Source of the DNA: Nitrospirota bacterium
Lineage (GTDB): Bacteria > Nitrospirota > UBA9217
NCBI GenBank assembly: GCA_963749655.1
Contig: CAVVOB010000027.1
Span: 9,542 to 73,541, forward strand
Direction of reading: 5' to 3'
DNA: 64,000 nucleotides
The position numbers and the translations under genes are program-made. The notes under the pieces were generated by a model. It had not been told where the DNA came from. It made no database searches and worked only from the letters and a program-made list of their open reading frames with translations. Shown piece after piece: positions 44,549 to 54,977 of this stretch. Position 1 is the first letter of the stretch. Each line of letters starts with the position of its first letter.

Positions 44549-44736
44549 AATACACAACCTGTGGACATCCTAGAACTCCCCAGAGAGGCATTGGGGTTCA
44601 AGTTATCATTGTTGACATCTTGTGTCCGGCCTTTTTAATTGACTCAACTCATCGAATATATGATTTCAACCACCGCGTCCACGTCGTCTCGCCTTGCGGC
44701 GAGTGACGCGGGCGTTATTCTACAAAAGGATATCGA

Positions 44737-45198
44737 TTGCTGAACGTTTTCGTAGATGCTGACGCATGCCCTGTGAAGCAAGAGGTCTACCGGGTTGCAG
44801 GCAGGTATCATATAGGTGTCACCGTGGTGGCCAACTCTTGGATGCGTGTGCCCATAGAGGATGGAATCGTACTTCAAGTTGTCGGCAATGGGCTGGATGA
44901 GGCCGACAACTGGATTGTTTCCAATGTCACTCCCCACGACATCGTGGTCACGGCTGATATTCTTCTAGCGAGCCGATGCATCAAGGCTGGTGCGCACGCA
45001 ATCGGCCCAACGGGGAAGGCCTTCACCGAGGAAAACATCGGAGATATTGTCGCAACCCGTAACCTGCTTGCAGAGCTGCGTGGGAACGGCGAAATCACTG
45101 GGGGGCCGGCGCCCTTCTCCAAACGCGACAGGTCAAGCTTTTTGCAGCAACTGGACCAGGTGATTCAGAAGGTTCGGCGCGAACATCCCAGTCGGTAG
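44737..45198 (+). CDS. YaiI/YqxD family protein (UPF0178)
   Basis: VDADACPVK, EADNWIV, DIVVTADILLA, GGPAPFSKRDRSSFLQQLD. Confidence 0.93.
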   Translation: MLNVFVDADACPVKQEVYRVAGRYHIGVTVVANSWMRVPIEDGIVLQVVGNGLDEADNWIVSNVTPHDIVVTADILLASRCIKAGAHAIGPTGKAFTEENIGDIVATRNLLAELRGNGEITGGPAPFSKRDRSSFLQQLDQVIQKVRREHPSR

Positions 45199-45272
45199 GG
45201 TAGAACGACTTTTGTGAAACCCGACATTCTATCTGCCGGAACAGTCATAAAAGTAATGAATAGAACGGAAGA

Positions 45273-45377
45273 ATGTCGGGGATCGCTGCCGGGACGTATG
45301 CCACGGCAATACTGTACGGATGGCTGGCAATGAAGTACGGCGATCGTTTCTGGGAAAATCTGCGGAAGTGGCTATAG
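45273..45377 (+). pseudogene. 3' fragment paralogous to the small membrane protein at 42782-42997
   Basis: GIAAGTYATAILYGWLAMKYGDRFWENLRKWL* versus GLAAGTFVTAVACGLLALRYGDRFWENLQKWHLWW*. Confidence 0.8.
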
Positions 45378-45535
45378 CGGAGGTGCCACACCTCATACGT
45401 TTGACCCCGCGGCTCTGCGCTTTTTTTTTACCGGCAGTTGATCTGAGGAATAAACCACGCTACCTCCCGCGGACTACGGCGCATTACCCCGGGAGGAGCC
45501 GGGGGATGCCAGTCACGGGAGATTGCCGGCAGGCA

Positions 45536-46483
45536 TCATTTAGCCATCCTATTTACCGTCCCGCCGCTGTACTCGGTCCAATAGACGCTGGCGGCATCCG
45601 TCACAATAGCCCATGGAACGCTCCGCCCCGAGGCAAGGGTTGTCACCGTCCCGCCATTTAACCCTACCTTCTGGATCGTCCCTCCAATATTATTTGTCCA
45701 ATAGACATTCATTGAGTCCAGGGTCATATTCTCAGGGCCAAGCGACCCTGAGGCGAGGGGCGTCACCGTCCCGCCGTTTAACCCTGTCTTCTTGACCGTT
45801 CCACCTGTATACTCTAACCAATAGACGCTGACAGAATCGACCGCTAAATCAACCGGCGAGCTCAGGCCTGAGGCGAGGGTCGTCACCGTCCCGCCATTTA
45901 ACCCTACCTTCCCGACCGTCCCGCCGATGTTGTCAACCCAATACACGCTGTTGGAATCTATGGCAATACCATGAGGGTGATTCAGCCCTGAAGCGAGGAC
46001 CGTCACGGTCCCGCCATCTAATCCTGCCTTCTTGACGGTTCCGGTACTCTCTATCCAATAGATGTTAGTGGAATCTACCGCAATATGCGTAGGGCCGTTC
46101 AAGCCTGAAGCAAGAGTCGTCACCGTCCCGCCGTTCAGCCCTACCTTCTTGACCGTTCCACCGGTATACTCCGCCCAATAGACGCTGGCGGGATCTACCG
46201 CTATTCCAACAGGCGAACTCAGGCCGGAAGCAAGGGTCGTCACCGTTCCGCCGGTTAACCCAACCTTCCTGACCATTCCGCCTGTATTCTCTGTCCAATA
46301 GACGCTGGTGGAATCTACCGTTATACCTTGAGGATTGCTCAGCCCGGAGGCAAGGGTGATTATCGGAGGGGCAGTGCCCGGGTTTGATGCGCTGTTTCCC
46401 CCACCGCCTCCGCAGCCGCCTGCAACAAGTGCGGCGAGGAGCAATGTGATAAGAGAATATAGTCTTGTTTCAGGCATACTCAT
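45536..46483 (-). CDS. Lipoprotein with seven ~40-aa YWTD-like beta-propeller repeats
   Basis: Lipobox VAGGC, Gly linker, 7x TTLASGL..P..IAVD...VYW.E..GGTV.KVGLNGGTV. Confidence 0.88.
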   Translation of the reverse strand: MSMPETRLYSLITLLLAALVAGGCGGGGGNSASNPGTAPPIITLASGLSNPQGITVDSTSVYWTENTGGMVRKVGLTGGTVTTLASGLSSPVGIAVDPASVYWAEYTGGTVKKVGLNGGTVTTLASGLNGPTHIAVDSTNIYWIESTGTVKKAGLDGGTVTVLASGLNHPHGIAIDSNSVYWVDNIGGTVGKVGLNGGTVTTLASGLSSPVDLAVDSVSVYWLEYTGGTVKKTGLNGGTVTPLASGSLGPENMTLDSMNVYWTNNIGGTIQKVGLNGGTVTTLASGRSVPWAIVTDAASVYWTEYSGGTVNRMAK

Positions 46484-46627
46484 GTCCTCCTCCTAAGTAT
46501 ATGCACTACTCAGCGCACTGTCAACGGGGGCTATAGACCATGGCGGGATAAGGACATCAAGGGGGCCTCGCTCCTCAAGCGCATCACTATTGAGAGAAAG
46601 AATGACAGGACGACACGTTGTTCGCTG

Positions 46628-46662
46628 AAAAAAGGGGCATCCGCACGACTGCGGATGCCCCT
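46628..46662 (-). terminator. Intrinsic terminator of pilT
   Basis: AGGGGCATCCGCA-CGAC-TGCGGATGCCCCT with an A run on the + strand side. Confidence 0.85.
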
Positions 46663-46680
46663 GAATGTTTTTCCCGTGTC

Positions 46681-47748
46681 CTAACTGTACATCAGCTTCC
46701 GCTCGAGGTCTTTTGAGCGGGAGACGCGCTTTGCCTCGTCGAGCGTTATGAGTTCCGCTTTGCAGAGCTGAATGAGATGCTGGTCCATGGTCTGCATGCC
46801 GTATTCGTCCCGCCCCTTTTCGATATGCGCCTCGACCTCGTCGAGACGGTTTTCCCTGATGCAAGCCTTAATGGAAGAAGTCGCATACATCACTTCCAAG
46901 ACCGGCAGGATCGTTTCCTCTTTTTTCCCCCGTATGAGCCGCAGAGAGACGACCGCGATGAGGCTCTCTGCCAGCCTCTGCCTGATGTTCTCCTGCGACG
47001 GAGGCGGAAAATAGCCGACGATACGGCTGACAGACGACGCCGTATTACTGGTATGCAGCGTGGACAGCACCAGGTGCCCCGTCTCGGCGGCCTTTACACA
47101 GGCGTCCACCGTTTCGAGGTCGCGCATTTCTCCGACCATGATCACGTCCGGATTCATACGCATTGCAGACCGCAAGGCAACGCTGAAGCTTTCCGTATCG
47201 ATGCCTACTTCCCTCTGGATGATACAGCTCTTGTTGGACGTGAACAGAAACTCGATCGGGTCCTCGATCGTAATGATGTTGTAGTCGAAATTGTCGTTGA
47301 TGAACCTCATCATCGAAGCGAGCGTCGTTGATTTGCCGTTCCCCGTCGGCCCGGTGACGAGAATCAGGCCGTTGGGAACCTGCGCGATCTTGCCGAGCAC
47401 CGCGGGAAGATTCAACTCCTGGAACGTGCCGATCTGGTGCGGGATGACGCGCATGACAATACCGAGGTTGCCGCGCTGACGGAAGATGCTCACCCGGAAA
47501 CGGCCGGCGTTTGCCAGGGTATAAGACGTGTCAAGTTCCTTCAGGTCTTCGGGCAGCTTCCGGTTGTGATGCGCCATGACCGCGTTCGCGACAAACTCCG
47601 TGTCCTGTTTCGTCAAGTTCGCGAGTTTTGAACGAATAAGGTGGCCGCGCGCCCGGAACATTGGAGGGTTGTCCACCTCAAAATGTATATCGGAGACCTT
47701 TTTTTCAAAGGCGATGTTGAGAATCTGATTGAATACCGCTATGTCCAT
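46681..47748 (-). CDS. pilT: PilT/PilU-family type IV pilus retraction ATPase
   Basis: GPTGNGKSTT, TIEDPIEF, QREVG.DT, PDVIMVGEMRD, AETGHLVLSTLHT, GMQTMDQ. Confidence 0.9.
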   Translation of the reverse strand: MDIAVFNQILNIAFEKKVSDIHFEVDNPPMFRARGHLIRSKLANLTKQDTEFVANAVMAHHNRKLPEDLKELDTSYTLANAGRFRVSIFRQRGNLGIVMRVIPHQIGTFQELNLPAVLGKIAQVPNGLILVTGPTGNGKSTTLASMMRFINDNFDYNIITIEDPIEFLFTSNKSCIIQREVGIDTESFSVALRSAMRMNPDVIMVGEMRDLETVDACVKAAETGHLVLSTLHTSNTASSVSRIVGYFPPPSQENIRQRLAESLIAVVSLRLIRGKKEETILPVLEVMYATSSIKACIRENRLDEVEAHIEKGRDEYGMQTMDQHLIQLCKAELITLDEAKRVSRSKDLERKLMYS

Positions 47749-47868
47749 GGCGCGTCGTACCTCCGCGATAGAATTATCTTTGTCCTAAAGCCCCTCTCCT
47801 TCCAAGGAGAGGGACCGGGTGAGGATGGTTTTCCCTGGCAGTTCCGGGATTGCTTGCTGCGGGTTTGT

Positions 47869-49644
47869 TCATGCTTTTTTCGCCGCTCTCTCCGCCTGTC
47901 TGCGGAAGAGCGTATATTCCAGAACAATGCCCGCCTGCAGGGAAAGCACCTCGAGCATATCGATCCGCACCGGAGACGCCTCTTTCTTCCCGAAGTCCCC
48001 GTATATCACCGCTACGACCTTTCGGTCGCTTATCAGGGGCAGCAGGGCAATGGCAGGACTGAGCGGCTTGCCTATTTCCGCAAAAAAAGCCCTGAGCGTT
48101 TCATCGCCGTTCTCTCCGTAATAGGCCCGCCCCTTTTCGACAACGTCCCGGAAAACCGAAGGCGGCGAAAGCTGGATTTTCAGCCGGTCAGCCGCAGTGG
48201 GCCCCAGGCTTTTTTCGGAGCTGATGCCTATGGCCCGTTCACCGATCAGTTCCGAACCACGGACGACAAGCGTAACGGCGCGTTCGAACATGTCCGAAAC
48301 CGCCGTGAGAACCACAAGCGCCGCATCAGAAGGCATGGCGACCTCGCGGAGCGACAGGACGCCCTCTTTCAGCTTCTTGCCGTAGATATCGGCATCCTCA
48401 TGGCCGTACTGAAAGCACTTGATGTACGACATGAACGCGTCGAGGAACTGTATCGTGTCATGGATGTACGCTTTCCGGTCTCCTTTTGACGGTTTGGGGA
48501 AAACAGCCCTCACACCGGCACGGTAGGATTGCAGGATGAAATCACCATCCTGAAAAGAGGCGAACTGGATCACAGGAACCGCAGAGTACTTCGCGCTCAA
48601 CTCTTGCCTCAGGCCGACCATCCTTTCCCCGGAAGGCCCGCCTTCCGGGCCCGCAGGATTGTCGAAGACGACCACCGGCATTCTCGCGGAAAGGAGGCAC
48701 TGCGATACCATCCGGTCGAGCTCCTTTTCATCGCCCGTCGCAAACACGAGCACTCCCGCGTCGTTGCAGAGAGCCATGACCAAATGACTGATCAGCGTAT
48801 CATTGCTGAACATGACGACGGCCTTGCTCGCCTGCTTCGCCGCAGTGTCCGGCGCGGCTTTATGCCCAACGGATTTCCTGACAAAGGAAACAAATGCCTC
48901 CTGCTCTTCGGCGGAAAAACCCGGGAGCAGTTCCTGTATTTTCTGGCGGTAGATTGCGTCCGGATCAAAGACCTCCATTTCAGAAGCAGGCCGGGGTATC
49001 TTCTTCTCAAGCCGGTCGAGGTCGGCAAGCCCGAGATCGTCTGCGGTTATTGCCGAAGATTCAGCTTTTGCTTCGCCGGCGCCTTCTCCGGGAAGGACAT
49101 CGGCGTAGAGCGCCTCAAAGGAAGGGACCTCTTTCCCGGCTGCACGGTCGCGTTCCCGCTCGTCCGAGATGCGAAGTGCATCCATCAAAACCATCTGGGC
49201 ATCGACGCCCAGGTCCTGCTCTTCGGAAGAAACGATAAATGCGTCCGTGTCGAATGTAAAGGTCCCTTTCGTCCATGCCATCAGCTCAATGATCGTCAGC
49301 TCGACCAGCTTTTTGAGTCCTCTCACGGCGTCTTCCCGCTTCAGCTTGCCCATCTGTATCAGGGTAACGAGCAGCGGCATGTGGTTTTTACCGGCGTTCT
49401 TCATGACGCCCATCGCCTGCTTGAGATCGTCAACCGCCAGGGCGCCGGTCTTTACCAGGACGGACCCGATGCGCACGCTGTCGTTGATATGATTTGCGCC
49501 GACGATGGACCCGTTGCTGAAGACAAGCTTGCTCTCCCCCCCCTTGTCCCCCTTAACGGAAAAAATGCCCGACTTCCGCGTTGTGTGGACCAACTGGATG
49601 ATGTCTGTTATGGGCAGATGTTCTAAATCGCCGGTAAACGCCAT
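47869..49644 (-). CDS. DUF4388 (PATAN-like) domain protein with degenerate receiver and C-terminal GAF-like domain
   Basis: MAFTGDLEHLPITDIIQL...RKSG, W.KG.F.F, LMDALRI.DE; C-terminal LLPL...KVVAVIYGD. Confidence 0.8.
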   Translation of the reverse strand: MAFTGDLEHLPITDIIQLVHTTRKSGIFSVKGDKGGESKLVFSNGSIVGANHINDSVRIGSVLVKTGALAVDDLKQAMGVMKNAGKNHMPLLVTLIQMGKLKREDAVRGLKKLVELTIIELMAWTKGTFTFDTDAFIVSSEEQDLGVDAQMVLMDALRISDERERDRAAGKEVPSFEALYADVLPGEGAGEAKAESSAITADDLGLADLDRLEKKIPRPASEMEVFDPDAIYRQKIQELLPGFSAEEQEAFVSFVRKSVGHKAAPDTAAKQASKAVVMFSNDTLISHLVMALCNDAGVLVFATGDEKELDRMVSQCLLSARMPVVVFDNPAGPEGGPSGERMVGLRQELSAKYSAVPVIQFASFQDGDFILQSYRAGVRAVFPKPSKGDRKAYIHDTIQFLDAFMSYIKCFQYGHEDADIYGKKLKEGVLSLREVAMPSDAALVVLTAVSDMFERAVTLVVRGSELIGERAIGISSEKSLGPTAADRLKIQLSPPSVFRDVVEKGRAYYGENGDETLRAFFAEIGKPLSPAIALLPLISDRKVVAVIYGDFGKKEASPVRIDMLEVLSLQAGIVLEYTLFRRQAERAAKKA

Positions 49645-49889
49645 GTCTTCTCGTATTAATCCTTCACTGGTATTTCCCTGGGAGGCATTGGAACAGGAAC
49701 CTGGAAAGCGCTGAATCCTGCGCCCCGGAGAGAATGATTCCTTAGAGTATATATTGACAGGGCATAAGAATCAAGTGCGCCTCTAAAAACATCGACGATA
49801 AACTTACTCATGTATTGACAAACCGGCCTGTCCGGTCAACAAACCCCTCCTCTGAAACTGCTATAATAACGGCAGAGGAGGTATAAACT

Positions 49890-50303
49890 ATGGCTTACAT
49901 TGTCAGAAAAGTTGCGTATTTCGCGATGGATGTACCGAACAAACCGGGCGAGGCAGCGCGGATCCTCGGGGCACTGGTAGAGGGCGGAGTGAACATGCTT
50001 GCGTTTTCGGGGTTCCCGAGCGGCAGAAAAGCTCAACTTGACTTCATCCCCGACGATGAAGCCCTGTTCAAGATCGCTGCAAAGGCGGCGAAGATCAAGA
50101 CACGGGCCCGGAAGTACGGATTCCTGGTACAGGGCGACGACGAAAAGGGCGCTGTAGCGGATCTGCTCAAGACCCTGGGGGACAAAAAGATCAATGTGAC
50201 CGCAATCGACGCCGTTGCTGCCGGCGCGGGCCAATATGCCGCGATTCTCTGGGTCGGGTCAAAGGATGTGAACAAGACCGCAAAAGCGCTGGGAGCGGGG
50301 TAA
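49890..50303 (+). CDS. Tandem ACT-domain protein
   Basis: VPNKPGEAARILGAL...GVNMLAF; GDDEKGAVA.LL..L....INV. Confidence 0.8.
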   Translation: MAYIVRKVAYFAMDVPNKPGEAARILGALVEGGVNMLAFSGFPSGRKAQLDFIPDDEALFKIAAKAAKIKTRARKYGFLVQGDDEKGAVADLLKTLGDKKINVTAIDAVAAGAGQYAAILWVGSKDVNKTAKALGAG

Positions 50304-50304
50304 A

Positions 50305-50525
50305 TAATGCGGAATGCGGAGTGCGGAATTAATTCAGAGACACCTGCCATTGTGTCTTTGGAAGACAAACAGCGCATTCCGCATTTCCCTTGCGCCCACA
50401 ATTTCTTATTCTGCATTCCGCATTTGCTAAACCTGCCCCCGGCTATCTGCTCCTTGAACCTGACCTCTGCCTTTCCCATTCCGCATTCCGAATTCCGCAT
50501 TCGAAACATTCCGCATTCCGCATTT
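50305..50525. repeat. Inverted heptamer arrays (AATGCGG)n ... (ATTCCGC)n
   Basis: AATGCGGAATGCGGAGTGCGGAAT, then ATTCCGCATTCCGAATTCCGCATTCG...ATTCCGCATTCCGCAT between convergent genes. Confidence 0.85.
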
Positions 50526-50537
50526 TTCCTTCCCTTG

Positions 50538-52157
50538 CTACTGGACCCTTGACCCTTTCTTTTCCGGTATCTTGCTCATGGCCCGTTCCGTGAGGGCGGT
50601 TATGGTAAGGGAAGGATTGACGCCGGGATTGGCAGAGATCATCGATCCGTCGCATACATACATGTTCTCGTACCCGAACACGCGGTTGTCCTTGTCGATC
50701 ACGCCTTCGCTCCGGTCCCTGCCCATGACGCAGCCGCCGAGAATATGCGCGGTCGTGGGTATCCCGAGCAGCGTTTCCGAGAGCAGCACCATGGGTTTTC
50801 CCTTCACGATTCCCGCGTACCGGTCTGCCAGCGCGCGCGCTTCGGGCATGAGTGCGGTCGGCCGTTTTCCCGACTCTTCCGACGACTTCATGCCGAAGAG
50901 GCCGCGTTTGAAGCGAAGCGTGCTGTCGAGGGTCTGCATGAACAGCAGGATCTGCGTCCGCTTTGCCCAATCTCCGACAAAAAATACCTTCAGGTTCCGG
51001 ACGGGGTGCCGCACGAGGTCGCGGGCGACATTCACCAGCCGTATCAGTAGATTCCTTCCTCCGGCAACAGGGAAGCCGAGCAAACGCCAGAAGCCGGAAC
51101 CTGCGGGGTAACGGACCGGCTCCAGGTGGCTGTGCTCGTCCGTATGGAGGATCGAGCTGATCGCAACGCCGTCGGAAAAGACCGTTTCCCTGTCCAGCGT
51201 GGTCACTCCTATAAGGCTCTCGGAGTTCGTTCTTACACGCGACCCCACGCATTCCGACAGGTTCGGCAGAGATGCGCGCTTGAGCTTGAGCAGCAGGTCG
51301 ACGGTCCCGAGCACGCCGCCGCTGAAAACCACTCCGCCTGCAGTGAATTCACCCTTCTTTTTGAAGACAGCGGTCGAGGAGCGCCACCTGACCCGATATC
51401 CTTCCGACCCGTCGCCCCTTCCGGGCGGCAGGACGTCATACACCTCGGACTCCGCCCGGATCGTGACGCCGAGTTTCTCGGCGAGGTACAGATAGTTCTT
51501 GTCCAGCGTGTTCTTCGCGTTGTACCGGCATCCGACCATGCACCCGCCGCAAAAGGTGCAGCCGCTGCGCTCCGGTCCCTTGCCGTTAAAATAGGGGTCC
51601 GGCACGGTCTTTTCCGGCTCGCCGAAGAAAACCGCGACACTGGTCGGTTCGAACTGGTCGGACTTGCCGATCTGCTCAGCCAGCGTCCTGAGCGCCTTGT
51701 CGCCGGTTTCGAGCCGCGGGCAGACGACGGTCCCGAGCATCGTGGACGCGAGCGGATAAAACTCCTTCAGCTCCTGCTCCCAGTCGGCAAGATGGGACCA
51801 GCTCTTCGATTGGAAGAACGACGGCTTCGGCACGGGCAGCGTATTGGCGTAGACGAGCGATCCTCCTCCCACGCCGACGCCGGACAGGACCGTGACGTGC
51901 CGGAACCAGGTCAGCTTGAAAAAACCGAAGAACCTGAGCCAGGGCATCCAGAACCATTTCTTCACGTTCCAGTTCCTGCGCGGAAAGTCGCCGGCACCAA
52001 GCCGCTTGCCCTTCTCGAGCACCAGGATCGTATAGCCCTTTTCCGCGAGACGAAGCGCGGCAACCGAGCCGCCGAAGCCCGAGCCGACGATGATGTAGTC
52101 AAAATCGTATTTTTTCGATGATTGAGCCATTTCGGAAATAGTATTACTGTAACGCAC
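50538..52157 (-). CDS. GMC-family FAD oxidoreductase (cholesterol oxidase-like)
   Basis: IVGSGFGGSV, GVGGGSLVYANTL, CTFCGGCMVGC, AKNTLDKNYL, TAHILGG, NPGVNPSLTITA. Confidence 0.92.
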   Translation of the reverse strand: MRYSNTISEMAQSSKKYDFDYIIVGSGFGGSVAALRLAEKGYTILVLEKGKRLGAGDFPRRNWNVKKWFWMPWLRFFGFFKLTWFRHVTVLSGVGVGGGSLVYANTLPVPKPSFFQSKSWSHLADWEQELKEFYPLASTMLGTVVCPRLETGDKALRTLAEQIGKSDQFEPTSVAVFFGEPEKTVPDPYFNGKGPERSGCTFCGGCMVGCRYNAKNTLDKNYLYLAEKLGVTIRAESEVYDVLPPGRGDGSEGYRVRWRSSTAVFKKKGEFTAGGVVFSGGVLGTVDLLLKLKRASLPNLSECVGSRVRTNSESLIGVTTLDRETVFSDGVAISSILHTDEHSHLEPVRYPAGSGFWRLLGFPVAGGRNLLIRLVNVARDLVRHPVRNLKVFFVGDWAKRTQILLFMQTLDSTLRFKRGLFGMKSSEESGKRPTALMPEARALADRYAGIVKGKPMVLLSETLLGIPTTAHILGGCVMGRDRSEGVIDKDNRVFGYENMYVCDGSMISANPGVNPSLTITALTERAMSKIPEKKGSRVQ

Positions 52158-52468
52158 GCGCCCTCCGTATTCAGGAACAGGTTCATCATGCCTGCTGCGC
52201 GTCTGGTGCTAAGGTTATCGGGATAGATCGATTATATGCCCGTCCATGGCATTGTCAAGCCCCTGCGCAGAAGTGAAAACATCCGCGATCAGCCGTCAGC
52301 TTTCAGCTTGTATCCTGGCTTGGTCTCGTAGTCTAAGGCCGAGCGCTGACCGCTGATCGCGTCTCTCCATCTCTCCCTGCATACTAAAGAAGCACGAAAA
52401 CGATGGGGTAGAACTGTCTGACAACCTCCGGATAAAGGCGGAACAGTATTCTGAACAAATATAATTAA

Positions 52469-52484
52469 AGGCACGCAATATGCA
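52469..52484 (+). promoter_or_regulatory. Candidate sigma-54 (-24/-12) promoter
   Basis: AGGCACGCAATATGCA: GG-N10-GC spacing with GGCACG core in an AT-rich intergenic region. Confidence 0.5.
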
Positions 52485-52709
52485 GTTATACTTGCATAAT
52501 CGCAGTTACTGAATTTGCATTACCTGCGATTGCAGGTCTTTACAGCATGCCGGCTCAAAAGTTCATGTGTCAATATTACTTCATTGTGGTGGTTCTTCCA
52601 CACCACAGTGATAGATCGCCCCAAGAAGATGCAGCGATGGTTTGACCTACACAGTTACGAAGGGCTCCGGGATGTTCCCGAAGTCCCGACACGGTTCGAG
52701 GAGGATGTC

Positions 52710-52898
52710 ATGAACATCGAAAACGTTCTGGATGAGTATCGCAAGGGAGACGACAGCAAGCGTCTGAGCCTCTTCCTGGCCTACCGGGAGCTGCGCGACC
52801 ACTTCAGCAGCATTGAGCAGGAAAGCCCGCACGACGATGACTTCGAGATCATCAAGTACCCCTGGAGCAGGAAGCGCGACCTGCCGCAGGCTGCGTGA
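52710..52898 (+). CDS. Small hypothetical protein
   Basis: RBS GAGGAGG, GC3-rich codons, YR.GDD.KRL.LFL.YRELR..F..IE. Confidence 0.7.
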   Translation: MNIENVLDEYRKGDDSKRLSLFLAYRELRDHFSSIEQESPHDDDFEIIKYPWSRKRDLPQAA

Positions 52899-53222
52899 TT
52901 TCGCACTTGTCTTTACTCAGACAGGTCGGTTTTGTCGGATAAAGTCTTACACTTCGTCCTTGGCAGGCAATAACTGCGGAATAAATACGACCTGCATCGG
53001 CAGGTCGAGTTTTTTCCGCTATTTGAACATAATCGATTGCTCTACTTTTCCTCTTTCCCCCCCTCATTGTCTTCTTATTCTTTTAAATCGATTGGTGAAG
53101 AATCGCCTCGGGATTAGAACACAAGTCGCTTGGCAGCACTACGATATGGTACTATAATGGTCGCAAAGACCCGTCCGACCGTAGTCTTTGATCTCATCAG
53201 CAAAGGCGGTACTATTTCGACC

Positions 53223-53945
53223 ATGGATAAACTTTCAAAAAAGGACGTACTGGCCCTGGCCTCTTCGAATGGCGACGCATCGAACTGCGACCTTTCGGGC
53301 GCGGACCTGAACGGTATGGAGCTGATCGGCATGTGCTTCGACAACGCGAACCTGAGCGCAGCGCAGCTGAGCAGCGCGAACCTGAGCGGAACGAGCTTCA
53401 GGAATGCCGATCTCACGGGCAGCAACCTGAGCAGCTCGAACTTCACCGGATGCCGGTTCGACAAGGCGCGCCTCGACAAGGCAGACCTTACTTTCTCATC
53501 CTTTGTCGGCGCAGTTTTCACGGAAGCGAGCCTCAGGGAGGCAAATTTCACAAACTCGAAACTGTCCTGCTCTTCTTTCGAAAAGGCCGACCTCACGGCC
53601 GCCAACCTTCAGATGGTCGACGCAGGCATGATCCGATGCAGCGGCGCTACCATGACAAAGATCGTGGGCCGGGGCGCGAGCCTGATCTGCGCCGTGCTCT
53701 CCCGATGCGACCTGCGGGAAGCGAAGCTCTACGGCACGGACCTCTCCGGAGCCGACCTGTCGTCGTCTGATCTGCGCCTGGCGGACATACTCGACTCGAC
53801 GCTGACCGCCGCTGACCTGACGGATGCAGACATCCGGGAAGTGCGCCTCAAGCGCACCGACCTCACGCGAGCGACATTCAAAGGACTCAGGTTCAGCGAA
53901 GAACTGCGCGACCTCCTTTCACGGTACAATCGCGGCACGCTGTAG
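53223..53945 (+). CDS. Pentapeptide-repeat protein
   Basis: Continuous A(D/N)Lxx repeats. Confidence 0.92.
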   Translation: MDKLSKKDVLALASSNGDASNCDLSGADLNGMELIGMCFDNANLSAAQLSSANLSGTSFRNADLTGSNLSSSNFTGCRFDKARLDKADLTFSSFVGAVFTEASLREANFTNSKLSCSSFEKADLTAANLQMVDAGMIRCSGATMTKIVGRGASLICAVLSRCDLREAKLYGTDLSGADLSSSDLRLADILDSTLTAADLTDADIREVRLKRTDLTRATFKGLRFSEELRDLLSRYNRGTL

Positions 53946-54129
53946 CATTTCCGATCGGGCCGAATACGAATGCCTCTTTTGCTCTCTTGAAAATGGAGAG
54001 AGGCTTTGACATGCGTCAGCGGGAAGAGTAATATTAGAAAGGTTCTCACAGCCGTTTCTGTTCATTTCAAAGTTGCAGGATAGAGACGCTCCTGGAGTGC
54101 AGAAAGAGACCGTGACGAGGGAGCAGCGC

Positions 54130-54321
54130 ATGGACATTCGTTCCCCAAAAACAATTGATCCTTCCGGCCAAGAGCAGAGAGCGCTGTCAAAAGAGCAGCG
54201 ATCAGAGGCCGCCAAGGCAGATACCTGCAGATGCAAAGAAACCTCGACCATGACGCCCCGCGAACTGCTTCGGCTCATGATGACCGACCTGGTCTTCTGG
54301 ACAAAATCGAAAAAGAAATGA
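54130..54321 (+). CDS. Small hypothetical protein
   Basis: RBS GAGGGAG; C-terminal CRCKE...TPRELLRLM..DL.FW. Confidence 0.55.
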   Translation: MDIRSPKTIDPSGQEQRALSKEQRSEAAKADTCRCKETSTMTPRELLRLMMTDLVFWTKSKKK

Positions 54322-54374
54322 ACCTGGTCTGAAGGCAGGAAAACCTTTACCAGAGGACGAACGGAGATTTATTA

Positions 54375-54977
54375 ATGGGTGAAAGACAGGAGTTCCAGCC
54401 CTTGACCAGGGAAGACAGAATAACGGTCATGCTCTACCGAGCCGGCATCGTGCTGTCCGCAATCGTTGTTGCCGCTCTGGCTTTTCTTGTGGTGACAGCA
54501 TCGGGTGCCGGGGCAACCGGCATCGGCGCAGCGGCGGACGTCCTCGCCTTCGGCCTCTTTGTCACCGTCGGCATGTGCGTATTCTTCATTCACCTCTATA
54601 TAGGCAAGTTCAAGGTCTTCCTGAAAAACCTGTACTTCATCAGCCTTGGATGCCTTGCTGTTCTCCTCTACATCGGAAAGGGGTCACCGACCGCCGCGCT
54701 CGGCAGCCAGCCGTACGCCTCGCTGCTTCTGCTGCCGCTGTCGGGATGTCTGGGATTCGTGACCGCGAAAGAAGCGTTCTGCTTCCAGCTCTTCGAGGGA
54801 TATATCCTTGCCATGATCATGCCGCTCTACCTGCTTCTTATTTCGGGCGCCGCCCTCACCGGCCGTGCCGCGTCTTACGGCCTGGCCCTGATCGCCGTCA
54901 TGCTTGTCGTTTTCACCCTGCGAAAAGCGTTCATGCCTCTCGCATATGACATCGGCGACAAGTCCGCTTATCGCTGA
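54375..54977 (+). CDS. DUF2301-like membrane protein
   Basis: D...V.LYR.G, FIHLY, KEAFCF...EG, DIGDKS. Confidence 0.8.
   Translation: MGERQEFQPLTREDRITVMLYRAGIVLSAIVVAALAFLVVTASGAGATGIGAAADVLAFGLFVTVGMCVFFIHLYIGKFKVFLKNLYFISLGCLAVLLYIGKGSPTAALGSQPYASLLLLPLSGCLGFVTAKEAFCFQLFEGYILAMIMPLYLLLISGAALTGRAASYGLALIAVMLVVFTLRKAFMPLAYDIGDKSAYR

Noticed and set aside
45539-46363. CRISPR array or DGR template/variable repeat pair
   Set aside because: The repeats are in-frame 120-bp protein repeats with no unique spacers, no adenine-specific mismatch pattern noticed, and no cas or DGR reverse transcriptase nearby.
50305-50525. ORFs 50307-50552, 50390-50593 and 50033-50509 as real proteins
   Set aside because: They are translations of the ATTCCGC heptamer array (IPHSAFRI-type low complexity).
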